In this document: in pieces, positions 22,936 through 37,055 of the stretch | How positions within the stretch are numbered: position 1 is the first letter of the stretch | How the letters are laid out: the number at the start of each line of letters is the position of its first letter | Source of the DNA: Tubulanus polymorphus | Lineage: Eukaryota > Animalia > Nemertea | Assembly: GCF_964204645.1 (NCBI RefSeq) | Contig: NC_134026.1 | Location: forward strand, 11,493,950 to 11,557,949 | Length of the DNA stretch: 64,000 bases | Direction of reading: 5' to 3' | The notes under the pieces: generated by a model | What the model was told of the DNA's origin: nothing | What the model saw: the letters and a program-made list of their open reading frames with translations, nothing else | The model's database searches: none | Translations under genes and position numbers: made by a program

Positions 22936-25371
22936 ATGGGTAAAACACGGACAACGGCAGAAAAGACTATCATACGGAGTGTTTTCCGAATGTGCGAAAG
23001 AGGAAGAAAGATCTCAAGGCCATGTATCTCGTTAAGATCAACAGTAAAGCGTACAAGTGCATTATGCAAAGTACCCGAACAATCGGTTCACGATATCGTG
23101 AATGAGAAAAAAGAAATAGACATGTCATTTTTAACCCAATCAAATAGAAAAATAGTTCAAATAAGAAAATTTGATCCTTTTCACAAAGGAGTTTTGAGAC
23201 GTTAAGTCCATGATATGTACAGAAGTGGAATGTTTATAAATCTCAGAAAGTTAAAGGTAAAATAACCCACTTAACAAATTATCCAATGAATCCCAAATGA
23301 AACTGAATCTGAGTCCCAATAGTCATAGTTCATTTCATAATTTCGATTTAACCAATTATTATTCTCACTCATTTCCATTGTTCGTGAAATATCCCTTCAT
23401 CGCTTAACATAAGACAGTAAATTATATACAATTCCCAATGGGCACGCATTAGTTTTTTTAATTCACTAAAAAGGTTGCGATGAGACACTGCGGAATCGAT
23501 TGCAGCCACAAAACGATAAGAAGAACCCTCAAGCGTTTAAAGTTTAGATTCTATCAAAAAGGAATTGGGAAAAAATTTGTCACCGAGAGAGGCGATGTTC
23601 TGATGGCTAGGCATCAATTCCTTCGAAGTATCAGAGAAGAGAGGTGGACTAAAAAACATGAAAAATTGATTTGAAATACATGTTTGTGGGAAATATGTTA
23701 TTCAAAATGTTCAACTTCCAAATATGTATTCAATTCAAAGAAAGAAGGCCGTCAACTTATCTATTTAGACGAAACTTGGTTGAATAGTCACCACACAGTC
23801 TCAGCCGAGTGGACTGAGAACATTAAAAAGTGTTGTAGCGCTGGTAACATCCGTTGTCCCGAATGCGGACGACACATCCCGAGTGGCAAGGGAGAACGAT
23901 TGATTATCCTTGATGCAGGTTCAAGGTATGCACCATTAAAGCAAAGATACGGTATTTGATGAGAACCCAATAACATTACCATATTATTTGATATATTTGT
24001 AAACAATAAGATACGGTATTTGACGAGAACCCGATAACATTACCATATTATTTGATATATTTGTAAACAATATTCCAGAGAAAGTTATGTTCCCGGCGTT
24101 CTAGACGTGTTCGTTGGTCGAACGAATTACGGAGACTACCACTCCGAGATGAACGTAGAGTATGTATTTTTCCCTTTTACGTAGGATTCAAGAGGCATTG
24201 AAAAATGACGAAAAAATCAAAAATGATTGTTTCTTATTTCAGACATTTTATCGACTGGTTTGAGAACAAACTGATGCCCGCTTGTGAACGTCCATCGACG
24301 ATCATTATGGACAACGCGCCTTACCACAACATTTTAACCAATGCTTCAAAGGTACCCCCGTCATCGTCGACGAAAGAAGCTATTTGCAATTGGCTTACTG
24401 AACAAAACATTGAAATTCCTGAAAATGTTTTGAAAGTAGAGCTCGTCGAAATATTGAAACCACACAAGCCAAAACAAATTTACAAAACAGACGAGATTGC
24501 TGAACGGTAACAATACACTGTCCATATAGCTATATCGTTATAAAATGCCATTTCTATGTAAATTCAATATTTAATTTTAGATTCGGTCATCGGGTTCTTC
24601 GTTTGCCGGTTCGACACCCCGAGCGCAATCCGATTGAGTATATTCAGGTATGGAATCGTTGACCTGACTACGATTACTCTCATCTTAAATCCCTTGAATA
24701 ATTTCTAGTTCATTCCCAACTAAATAACTTTTCTAACGTCATATTACTCTCAAATTTGATGCAGACCACTATGATTTACTGTCTCTGGTACCCAGGCCTT
24801 GAATCGTTTGTACTATGAGATATTAAGGAAACGTTTTTGAGATGCGAATTATGGTTCTAAAATCGCTTCCGTTATACTATTGCATATAGGCAAATGAAAA
24901 GTGCTATGTCGCACAACGAAACTGTGGTTTTAGAACGTAAGACCACGTCATCGAAAAAGTAAAAATAAATTGAAGTGATGCATTTTTTCACAGTTGAAAT
25001 GCCTAATACATGTATTTTGAATTTGCTAGGTCGAAGAAAAGTATTGGGAAACCTATGGCTTGATACCCACCTATGACGGTTCACTCATAGTAAATTGTGA
25101 GGACGATGACCATGACGACGACGATGAAGAAGAGGATGACGAAGACGATGATGATAATGATGAGGAGGTAGCAGACGATGAAGATGCTGTGTGCAAAATA
25201 AGCAAAGAACTCGAGCCACCAACAGCACCATCACGTGTTAAATACTTCACGTGGATAAGATGTAACTTTTGCGAGGAGTGGGTGCATTTAAAATACTGTT
25301 GCACAAAAACAAAATCCGAAGCAGAATTTACATGTCCAGTATGCTGGAAGATTTTACATAATGAGTCATGA
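22936..25371 (+). pseudogene. Multi-exon DD83E transposase with C-terminal acidic tract and PHD finger
   Basis: Motifs IYLDETW, GKGERLIIL.AG, DYHSEMN, IIMDNAPYH and, after the CG|A splice, GHRVLRLP..HPE.NPIE. I count 83 residues between the second D and the E. The C-terminus is WIRCNFCEEWVHLKYC...FTCPVC. In-frame stop at 23203. Confidence 0.85.
23944..24071. repeat. ~64-bp tandem duplication in a transposase intron
   Basis: aagatacggtatttga...tatttgtaaacaat occurs twice. Confidence 0.85.
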
Positions 25372-28300
25372 TCTTATTTAACCTTGTATCGTATAATTCC
25401 ATGTTTGTATATTGTGTATATCATATTTGTGTCTGGTATTTTACGGTGCGTATGTGGTGTACGTGAGTGTATGCATGTGTGCGTGTCAGACTGTTAGTTG
25501 AATGGAGAGGGGTGCGTGTAAGTGATGCATGTATCATTTAAATCTATTAAACTATTTTCAATTGATTATCAAATAAATTTTTAACAGTCTTTGTTTATAT
25601 TTTTTAGGAAAGTGGTTTGCATGCCGAAATTATACTCAATCGCGTCGACGTTTTGTTTGGCAATTAAGAATGAAATACGACAATAAGACTTTTTGGACTC
25701 TATTTTTGTTTTCAATGTGGTATTTAAATCATCGATGCAACACGGACTCAGAGTATTGCATCCATGCTTTTGCTTGGCGTTTTGTGTTTTTATTGCAGTT
25801 AGTCACATGGTCAATGCAATGAAAATTGGAATGGTTCGGAATTGAGATCCGATCAAATTAAATCATTTTTAAGTGTATTTTCAATACAAATAAAGGTTGG
25901 CAAACATTTCTATGAGTCGGAGCGATCGAGGAAGAAACAGACTTTTGCCTAGCAGTCACATTTATTTGGGCATTGTAGGCCCATACGAGAGGATTACCAA
26001 ATTAACAATATATTAAAGATCTATAAAATGTGTTAGCCTTAGTAAAATCGTGTCTCACATCAAGAATAATCTCAACGATATTTTTCGTCTGCCAATTTTT
26101 GACTGGACCGATGACCAGAGCATCAGAATAGAAGATCTATTGTGTTTTATTGTTCTCCATCATTTTTACTCAAAATACACAATTTCCCTTTTAAATTTTA
26201 AAATATTTTCCCTGTGCGGTACTTCAAACAATTCCATGCGGAAAATATTGGAATGATGAAGAATACTGGCGAAAACTACAGATATGTTGCGTGTTTTTGC
26301 CCGCGCACAATTTATTCAGCGGTAGTTTTCGCATGCAACTATGCACTCTTAAAAGCCCCGCTCCCGTAGCAACGTGATGTCAACAAATAGGATGATGCGC
26401 GTGCGCAGGAAGCATTACACGGTCATATGCTGCGTAAATATTTGTCGATAAACAACAAGAAAGACAGATTGGATGAAGAAAATGATATATTTCTGAATGC
26501 AAATCTTTCACTTAAGACATTGATGTATGGATAAGGTAAATCGGTACATTATTAACGAAATTAAGGCCAAAACGTTGCACGGAGAGGAGGTGTGACAGAT
26601 AGTAGGCTATTTCGCTTCTTGACTCGCGGAAACTCCTGGCCCCGACGCTTTTTGTTAAATAAAGGACAAAAGTATCATGCAATGAGTTTTCACAATCCCT
26701 AACCGGATTTCAATATCACTCCAAAATTCTAAGAGAGAACGTCGATTATCGAGGACACCAGACCACGCCAAATTTGCACTTCCAGTAAATATCCGCGGCT
26801 CCCCCAACTGGAGAAATGTTTTGTTTCAATAAAGTTGTATTGTTTTGATACGATCCATAATCGGGAATAAATAAACACATCGTAAATTGAATTTGATTTA
26901 AAATTCTAACGATCAAATGCAATCAATTTAGTGACTGGCAATCGCTATGGTTGAAATATGTACGAATAATAACGATAATTTCGAGAATTGATTACTTTCA
27001 ACTTTAGCGCTTATTGAATCGCAGGCCTAAATCGTATCGCCGCTGGGGTAATCCATACTATGGAAAATCCACACTGCTTGTAAACAACGACGTGAACAAC
27101 CCCTGATATTTTCAGATAAACTAATCACAGAGAAGACTCTACTTCCTGATTGGCTGATGAAAATTAAAATTTTTCCGATTTCATTTTTTTGAAAAATGTT
27201 AAAAACATTTTAATGAAGCCCTATTTCAAAATTATGCTACGTAGAATTTCGAGAATTGTTTACGCTTGAATACTTGACTTGTTCGAATATGCCCTCACTG
27301 GCAAGCAAAACAGCCTTTCATCTGGAAACCATGTCACTTATATACCCATATCCGCTCCATTTGTATAGTAATAGGCTCAGCCTACGGCTGGCCTAAAGAT
27401 TGTGGAACCATTTAGATGTTGGACTAATCAGATGTGGGAACAATAGGATGTGGAATGAATTGTGAGGCTAATGAGCAGATGATATTGGAACAGTGTAAAT
27501 AAGTAGTGGCGTACACATTACTGTTGGCAATATGGCAGTTCAGTGATTTGCCACATGCACAAGAGTTTGCTATGCTCGGTTCACGCACACAACTTCCTGA
27601 TTTCTGTACTATTGACCCAAGTGGAAAATAAACCATAGTTGTAAAATGCACGCTCACACACACAGCTTTAATCACAAAACCCCAGGATAGTGATGAAACA
27701 GATGAAGCATCTGCAATAAATACAGAAGACAGCGTTACAATAACAAGAAACGAAATTCTTAATATGGACTTTCCTAAATTTACGTAAGTGTAGGCTATGT
27801 CAAATCAGCGTCAAAATCAAACATTGGTAGTCTAAGTTAGAGATTATAAGCAGAACAAATGAAAAATAGTGAACACTATTGAATCGACTTCAAATGATCG
27901 GAGAAGACTGACTTTTTACAGACAATTAGATCGAAAATAAGGACGCCGGAAAATATCAAGAAAAAGATGTCTTTTTTTATGAATGGAAACGCATATACCT
28001 ATCTTCAGCATGAAGTTTTTGGCAGAATTTCAGAAAATCCGTGCTCCAAGTAATTTAAAAAGCCTAAGATGTCCCCCTTGATTGAATCCAGGAGTTTACA
28101 TGAAAATCTGTCAATGGATACGATCTCCATCACACACAATGGCATGATGATTCATCATGAATATACACGGTAGCGGGTTTTCCCAACTGACTCAAATAGA
28201 CACTCTCCACGCTCATGGTGTGACGATTTCTATACACTAAGTGTGGAAAGTTTGTTTGACAATTTATTTTCATAAAATGAACAATTTCCAAGATTCATTT

Positions 28301-29137
28301 CCCTCTTTCACAATTTCACTGCCCTTCTATAAAATTCACTGCTTTTCACGGCCAGCCGCGACAAACCCTGGTTGAACCCAGTTAATTCATTTGCAGTTTC
28401 CAAGAAAACTTTAACTAGGCCACTCACGAGGCACTTTTGATATACATGCACAGATCAATACACCGCATAGCAGCGAGTAAATGTGTCAGGAACGTGTGTA
28501 AAGAATGAATGTACGTAAAAGGGCATGTGTTCTTCCGAAAAGAAATGTAGTTCCAACAACAAATAAATAACTAAATTGATAAATAAGCAACAGATTCTGG
28601 CGAAATTCGATAGGGTTAGAGCTTTTATTACTGCATTGAATGTTTTAAAAGTTCCAAAGAGATACTAAGCCTCGTTTGGAAATTATTTTGTACCAAAGGA
28701 AGAAAGTTTCATATGCGATTACAAAATGGACTGCCCTAAAGCAAAAGTCCATAAAAGTTCAAAACATGCCGTTTTGACCAGAATGTAGGCCATAAGTCAG
28801 CCATCTTGAATTGGAGAAGTTCCGAGAACAATACAGTTCCTTTTCATATTATCATACACATACCATAAAAATTTCATTAATCTATCACATCATACTATTA
28901 TACACATCTAATATAAATTTCATGAAATGTTCTCAAACGAGTTTTGAGATATCACGTACACGTCTCAAAAATAAATGTTATCAATCGATGGCGCTATATG
29001 GTAAATATAGATATTCTCATAATAGAATATCAATATTTGTTGATTAAAAGCATCGACCGCTGAAATTTGTGCAGTAATTCATGTTAGAATATGTACCCTA
29101 GCTAAACTTATTGCTTGCATTTAGTTTTGCTGCACCC

Positions 29138-30444
29138 TGTAAAGAAATATGGGCAGTGCTGCCATCTATTTGATTATGTAGTATCTAGTTTAGCTCCACA
29201 ATAAAAAGGCTCTCAAGATAGTTTTATCACAATGGAAGCCGGTCTCTATTGTTAATTCTTAACCGTCTTTGTCATAATAATCCGTCATCATCCATCGAGA
29301 TCCCCTGAAAATGGCAACAGGTTATGGGCCCAGGTCTCGAGCACCTGTATATGATGGCGATGAGGGCAAGTATGAGTTATGGGAAACCAAATTCTTAGGA
29401 TATATGAGAATCAAGAAAATGCACGATGTGGTGACCGGAAGATCACAACTTGTGGGCGAGCAGCTCGTGAATAAGAAGGCTGAAGCGTACACCGAGCTCG
29501 TATAATGCCTCGATGATCGTTCGTTATCCCTAATTATGAGCGATGCAAAAGACGATGGTGAAAAAGGACTTTCAACTCTACGTGAACATTACCTATCAAA
29601 GGGTAAGCCTAAAATAATTAGTTTATACCATGAACTCACGTCTCTGAAAATGAGTGCCGATGAGAGCACGACTGATTATGTTTTAGGAGCTGAAAAAGCT
29701 GCTGCCTTCCTTAAGTTTGCTGAAGAGAACATAAGCGATAGTTTACTCGTGGCAATGATCATTACAGGTTTACCCGAAGAATTTAAGCCGTTTACAACGG
29801 TTATCAATAAAAAAGTTGGGATATCTTTCACAGAATTTAAAGTTGCGTTGAGAAACTTTGCCGAAACGAATAAAGCTCAATCACAGTCGAGTGCGTATGA
29901 TGACAGTGTGTTACATGTAAATACTACAAACTACCACAGCAGTGCGAGGGGTACGCCACAGAATCGTGGAGTCAAAAGCGGCCGTCAGGTTGAATGTTAT
30001 CGATGTCATAAACCAGGTCACATTGCGAAAGATTGTAAACAAAACAGACCACGGGGATGGTGCAAATACTGCTGAATAAGAGGTAATTTCTGTAAGAAAC
30101 TACAACGAGGACAAGGTCACGATGCAGCTAAATTCGTAGACGAAGCGATAAAAACTTGGTGATTTTTAATGTGAACTCCGATAACAACAGCGGGTATACA
30201 ATAAATTCTGGTAATAACAGTTTACTCGTGGATTGTGGTGCCACCACTCATATCCTGAATGACAAGACAAAATTTCTTTCATTCGATGATAACTTTTAAC
30301 CAGCGGAACATTTCATCGAGCTAGCAGACGAAACTAGAAAGAACAATATAGCGCTTAAAAGGGGAAATGCTCAGGGTTCCCTGACCGAATCACACGGAAA
30401 CACGCATAAAGTTATATGAGAAAGAACTCTGTTTATACCCACAT
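29138..30444 (+). mobile_element. Copia LTR retrotransposon, 5' part (LTR, gag, protease), decayed
   Basis: Putative LTR TGT...ACA (29138-29319) followed by PBS GGTTATGGGCCCAG (5'-half iMet tRNA type). gag MATGYGP...YELWETKFLGY, CCHC CYRCHKPGHIAKDC, protease VDCGATTH. Confidence 0.88.
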
Positions 30445-31339
30445 CGGGAAAATCGGGATATTTGTCAGTTTTGAGATACACTCATTTCCGGGTTCTTTGG
30501 GATGTTTATTTTAATCTTGCTGAACAATTTTTTGCACAAACATTGCAAAATACTATAAAAACGATGTTTTCGTAAACATGTCATTCCATTGTTTTGAGAA
30601 AATCGTTTTGTTTTGGGTCAATTAGACCATTTTTCGAAGCGTAATATGTGTTTGCAATAATCCTTTTTTACCGGACATGTTGGGTACCATTGAAAAGCTG
30701 AGAATCACCTCGTTCTGACGCAATTATCCATATAAGGATATCTTCGGAGGCTTCCGGGGAAATACGAATAATAAATGATGTGTCGGGATGCCGAGGATAT
30801 CCATATATGGAGGACGCTCATTAGCATACAGCTTCGGCAATCTCCGTACCCAATTACGCACGCGCAGTTGATCAAATTTCTCCGTCGCTACGGTAACCCG
30901 ATTGAACACGCTGGAATGTGGAAGTAAACTTTTACAAACAAACATGGAAGAATTCTTTGAAAACCGGTTTTATTTTGATCAAATGGACAATTACTCGTCA
31001 GTTCATTGTGAATGAACAATGAAGCCTTCTACCGCGAATAAATTCAAAGGGAAGAGGCGCCGTATAACGAAACACGGGGTAGGAAAAAGAAAGATTTGTC
31101 GTCTTCGTCAGTAAGCACCACCGTCACTGATAAAAGTACGTTTTCTGTGACTGACAGTGACAATTCTGTAATATGTGATGATTCTGAAGAAATTCAGCAA
31201 CATTTTGTGATAGTTGAGGAGGTAGGAGATGAACCTTAACAGGCAAAACCAAAAAAGACTACTAAAAAAAATTCAGAATCTGCTAAGCAACAAACCTCTT
31301 CCACCACCAGTAGGTCTAGTAGGACTAATAGTCCTAGTG

Positions 31340-31412
31340 CAGATCCTCAACCAAGTACTAGTTCTGAACCTCAACCAAGTACTAGTTCTGAACCTCAACC
31401 AAGCACCAGCCA
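31340..31412 (+). repeat. 24-bp tandem repeat (PQPSTSSE-coding) in the transposase N-terminal region
   Basis: About 2.5 copies of cctcaaccaagtactagttctgaa. Confidence 0.8.
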
Positions 31413-32415
31413 AACTACAGCTACTAATTCTGATGCCGTTCAGCCAAATCCCGCAGAAGCAGTTGTAGGAGCAACAAAGCGCAAATTTGATAAATTTAGA
31501 GACAGTGATTTGCATGATGAGCCTGTTCCACAAAGAGAAAGAACAGTTGTCAATATTTCACAAAATGAGTATATTGTTCTTCAGATTAGTAAATTAGATT
31601 CATTATTTGGTGATGTTGAATATTTTTGTGATGGTTGTCAGTTAGATCGAATGACAAAAACGGAAATTGGCTCACGCAAAGGATGCTCAGTTAAGATAAA
31701 AGTGGTATGTTCAGATTGTGGGGCTGTTTTGAATCGTGTCTGGAGTAGTGAAACTGTAGGTAACTTTGGAAGAAACAGGCCCTTCGAGATAAACCGGCGG
31801 GCAGTCTTGGCAGCCAAGGAAATTGGAATAGGTTGCACACAAATGAATAAGTTGCTAGGGGTGATGAACATATACACTGGGTTTCATCATAAAACATACA
31901 ATGATATCTCTCTTTTTATTGGGGAAGCAATAAATGACAGAAGCTCAGTTGATTCCCTACAAACTGTGCACGGATAAGTTAGATTAGTTACATAGATCTT
32001 GGGAGTGACCCAGATGCGGATGTTTTGAACATATCTGTCAGTTATGATGGCACGTGGATGAAAAGGGGTTTCACTTCCCCTTATGGAATAGGTTTTATTA
32101 TTGATAGCCTTACTGGTTTTGTTTTGGACTTTGATATAAAATCTAAGTACTGTTTTCATTGTAAGGTTGTGAGGAAAAAACTAGGAGGACAGGAAAAATT
32201 GGATTGGTTGGAATTGCATCGCGGAAATTGTGACAAAACTTTGATGGGCCATCAGGTAACATGGAACCTGCAATGGCTCTTGTTCTATGGCAGCGTTCAG
32301 TTGATGCTACGAGTTTCAGGTATACTACATTTACTGCTGATGGGGACAGTAAGACCCTTTCGGCTCTTGCTTACTGTACGGACGTACTTTCGGCGCGCTC
32401 TTCAATTGACTAAAT

Positions 32416-33449
32416 ATGGCTCTACTCCAGGCGAAGACATTCAAATACAACAACACGATGGCTAAGGACTTCGAAAACTTCTTACTGGTCCCTAAAGTTA
32501 GGGTTCAGTACAATAAACTTGAAACTGACCAGATATGTGAAATCTTGGCAAACGATGATACGGCTCGCCGATGTGTTGAAAAAGTAATTGACTTCAACAC
32601 TTACAACGTGGGAGTATTTTGTGGATCTGACGAACAATACACCATTCTAAAAATCCACAGGATTATGTTTAGAGGAGCGACCATACAGTTTCGATCGGCT
32701 TTGGAGACTCCTACCATCGTCAGGATCGAAGGTATACCTGCGATCTGCCCTCACGAAGCGGTAGACAAAATGATTCGACCATATGGAAACATCCTTACGG
32801 GATCCTATCACCCGACGATAGGAAAAACAACATTTCAGAACGGTGAGAAACGTGTACTGGAGGTAGCTATTACATCACCTATCCCACTGAATATAACTCT
32901 TGATTCGAAACGTTATGGATTACTTCTTGTAAGGGTCTATTACAACGGTCAGCCTGAACATTGCGTGATATGTGGACAATTTAATCACACCTGGGTTGAG
33001 TGCAACATTGCATGTACTCACCAACCCATACACCCGATCGATGCCGTCAAATCCATTTCCGACAGACCGTTTCTTTAACATTGATGAAAAAAGGAAACCC
33101 AACACCGGCTGAAGCATCTGAGAACAAAGATGAGGTGGCGACAGAAATGGCCGTTGTCACTGATGAGTCGAGAAAGAGGCCATCATCTCAAACTAAATTT
33201 TCTCAAACGCCGAAGAAGTCGCACAAGTCAAAGGCGCCTTCGGAAGACGAGAAGTCCCCGATAATCGACCAGGAGAAGCCAGCCCAAACTGAAGACGAAG
33301 AATCTTACACGGACGATGCGAGAGAAACTGCTGCAAAGACAACAAATTCAAGCATTGCACCACCCGCACCAGTCCGACCACAGAAAAAGAGTCAACCAAA
33401 GAGTCAACCAAAAAGTCAACCAAAACCAAGGACTAAAAGATCAAATTAA
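32416..33449 (+). pseudogene. L1/Tx1 ORF1 (RRM-like plus CCHC), one frameshift
   Basis: VRIEGIP...PYG.I...NG.....V.YNGQP..C..CG..NH...EC, followed by a low-complexity basic tail in the next frame. Confidence 0.8.
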
Positions 33450-33497
33450 GGTAATGTAGAATTTTCACTAATTATGTAGGTAAAAAAAGAACATACA

Positions 33498-36400
33498 ATG
33501 GCGGATACTTTAGAATGTATTAGATTACTATCACTAAATTGCAACGGCTTAGTTTTCTCAAATGCTCGAATTTTTGGCATTTTTGAAAGACTTAAAAACT
33601 ATGATATATTTTTACTTCAAGAAACTCACATATCGAATGATTATGAAATTCAAAAAATATTTAAGCCCTTGAGGAAAGATTTTGAGATTATATCTAATAT
33701 TATAAACGAAAGGAAATGTGGAGTAACCATAGGTATTCGAAAATCTTTAGAATATACAATTTTAGATAAGACTATAGACAGACAAGGGAGATTGATATCC
33801 TTGAAAACATCCTTGTCCAGCCAAATTTACAATATCGTTAACGTATATGCCCCAAATAAGGAACATGATAGGAAAATTTTCCTAAGCAATATCAGTAATT
33901 ATCTTAATCTCAACCCTAATGAGCATACAATAATAGCAGGGGACTTTAATTGTATAGAAAGTCCTATAGATCGTGATTCAACATCCGTCAATTCTTCAAT
34001 ACGAAGTGGCTCCGAACAATTAGCCAATTTATGTCAACAAAACAGATTAGCAGACGCTTACAGACTTAAAAACCCAGACACAACAGCTTTCTCTAGAGTA
34101 GCAAAACGCAATAACAATGTCATTAAAACAAGAATAGATCGATTCTATGTGTCAGACACTTTACAATCAGACATAGAACAGGTGAAACACGTCAACTCTA
34201 TTCATTCCGATCACAAGATCGTCGAATTGACAATAAACACTTCTCAAGTCAAACGTGGCAAGGGATACTGGCATCTCAACAAAGAACTACTTAAAAACCC
34301 TAATTACATCACTATGATAACAGACTTTTGGGCACAGTGGCAAAATCACAAACAGTTTTATGACTCAATTATTGAATGGTGGGAAGAGGGCAAAACTCAG
34401 ATAAAACAAAGATCTATAAAATTTGCATCGGAACTCCGGAGAATTAAAAACAATCTTAAGGAATCATTAGAATCTGAATTATTCATTCTCGAAAAACTTT
34501 CTGATATAGGAGTAAACACTAACCAAAATCAAATTGAATATCTCACCAAGTGTATTCGTGATTTTGAAATTGAAAAAGCAAAAAGTGCTATGATTAGATC
34601 TAAGATTGAGTGGAGAGAATTCGGAGAGAAAACAAGTACTTTCTTTGCGAATTATGAAAAACAACGCGCTAAAAAGAATCACATCATGACTCATAGATAT
34701 GGACGAATTAACAAATTCAGTAAAATCTTTTCAAAATAATAATTCCCCTGGTATAGACGGACTACCTATTGAATTTTATAGAATATTTTGGCATACTCTC
34801 CGAAATGACTTCCTACAATTAATACATGCATGTATACAAGAAAATAGACTTTCTAAATCAATGAAAACTGGTATTACATCATTAATTCATAAGAAAAATG
34901 ACAAAACAGACTTGAAAAATTGGAGACCAATCTCGTTACTATGTACAGATTACAAAATATTCACAAAAGTTCTCGCTAACAGATTAATTAACTGCCTAAC
35001 AGACATAATACACCCAGATCAGACATGTAGTGTAAAGGGACATCGAATCCAAGACAATGGCCATATAATTAGAGACTTAATTGATTACGTTAATAATGAT
35101 AATTTAGAAGCATTTTAGTAACAACCGATCAAATGAAAGCTTTCGATCGCGTTGACTGGCAATATATGTTCAAAACTTTAGAATCTTTCGGTTTTGGAGA
35201 AAATCTAATTCGATACATCAAAACTTGCTATTCAAATCCAAAATCTAGAATCAAAAGTAACGGCTTCTTAACTAAACCCTTCACTTTAGAAAGAGGCGTA
35301 AGACAGGGGTGTCCCATGAGTGCAATACTCTAAATAATAGCAGCGGAACCATTAGCAATTAAAATACGCGAAAATAACAACATTAAAGGAGTGAAATTAC
35401 CAGACGACACAGAAATTAAAATCAAACAATACGCAGATGACACTACACTATGTCTAACAGACTTAGAATCATTGAATCAAGCCTTTACAACTTTAACTTT
35501 ATTTGAACGAGCATCGGGTGCAAAAATTAATAAAGACAAAACTGAGTGTATGTGCTTAGGATCTTGGAAAACTAGAAACGATAATCCTTTAGACTTAAAT
35601 TGGAAGAAATCCATGAAGATTTATGGAATTCATTTCGGAAATGAGAATGGTGATGATTTAAACTGGTATCCGAAAATAAATAAAATTCAAAATGTCATAA
35701 ATCTTTGGCGCCAAACTAAATTATCTTTACACGGCAAAAAGGTCGTCATAAACTCTTTCATATTACCTATGTTATGGTACACTTCCGAAATTTTTCCAAT
35801 CCCAGATAAATATATCAAAATCTTCGAACCAAAAACCATCAATTTCCTATGGGACAATGGAAAACGCCTTGTCGGTAAAGACATAATACACAAAAAAATC
35901 GAACACGGAGGCCTCGACATACACAGCGTCAAATACAGACAGCAAACACAGGCAATTAAGACGATAATTAACCATGCTCTAAAACCTACTCACTGGAAAC
36001 CACTAATCAACTACAACCTGCAAAAATATCTAGGCCCAGGCTGGAATATATGAAACATGATTCACAATGAAATACCAAAAAAAGTCATTACAAATGACTA
36101 CTACAGACATCTATTTAAATCATGGACAGTTTTTCAAAAACATCTAGTTCCAACTGAGACCATTACCGAAATTCTGCAAAAACCTATTTTTGGCAACCCA
36201 AAAATTAAACTCAACAAGAAAATCAATTTCACAGAATACATACATCACGGTATAACCAATCTACGACATCTATTCGATAATCGTGGGAACTACAAAGCAT
36301 TTAACGAAACACCATTAACAAATAGATTAAAACACACGTGTATATACAATGCGATTCCGCAACATTGGAAACTAATTCTATCTGACCAAAATTTAGATCC

Positions 36401-37055
36401 TGGTGAATTACCAAAAATCTATGTGCAATTTGATAATATAGACTGTACTATAGGAAAACTTTCATCATCCCAAATTTATAGAATACTATTATTAAAAAAT
36501 CTCCATCAAATCACACCGATTGGGCAAACCAAAATTACTGAACTTTTAAATACTGATCTGAATTGGCCGGAAATTTGGAATGAAGTTTATAATAAACATA
36601 TCGATAGACGATTTAGTGATATTCATTGGAAATTACTACATAATACTCTTGCAACAGCTTCAAAATTAGTACTTTGGAAAATTAAAACTGATCCAAATTG
36701 TAAAATTTGTGGACGCGCGGCAACGAATGACCATGTAGTATATTCATGCACAGAAGCACAGCAATTATATTCACGTATACAACAAATCTTTCAACGCATA
36801 CTAAACACACCTATAAACATCACTCAAGACATCGTCTACACAGGAATTACTAAAACAATAGAAAGAGACTTCTTCAAACGCACACTCGCGAACTATCTTT
36901 TGTTTCTCGCACAATCCATTTTGTACAAAAATCATAACAATCTAGAACAAGGCTCTGGCCGCATCAACACTATAATTTATTTCAAAAACTCACTAATAGA
37001 TCGCCTAAACCAAGAAATCATGCTTCAACAAAACCCTTCATATTTGGAGTCTTAA
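33498..37055 (+). pseudogene. L1/Tx1 ORF2 (APE endonuclease, RT, C-terminal zinc motif), disrupted
   Basis: SLNCNGL, LQETH, NVYAPN, GDFN, RIDRFY, SDH; PGIDGLP.EFY, NWRPISLLC.DYK, KAFDRV, GVRQGCP.S, QYADD; C..C...H...C. Contains stops, a frameshift and an internal deletion near 34690. Confidence 0.93.

Larger units (their letters stand above)
22627..26602 (+). mobile_element. IS630-Tc1-mariner element, Sailor-type (DD83E), with ~200-240-bp TIRs and TA TSD
   Basis: 22627-~22865 is the imperfect reverse complement of ~26393-26602. TA flanks both ends. Confidence 0.85.

Noticed and set aside
22936-25371. Fanzor/TnpB-associated IS630-like element
   Set aside because: No RuvC-like motifs or second ORF were seen between the TIRs. 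The Cys cluster is PHD-like.
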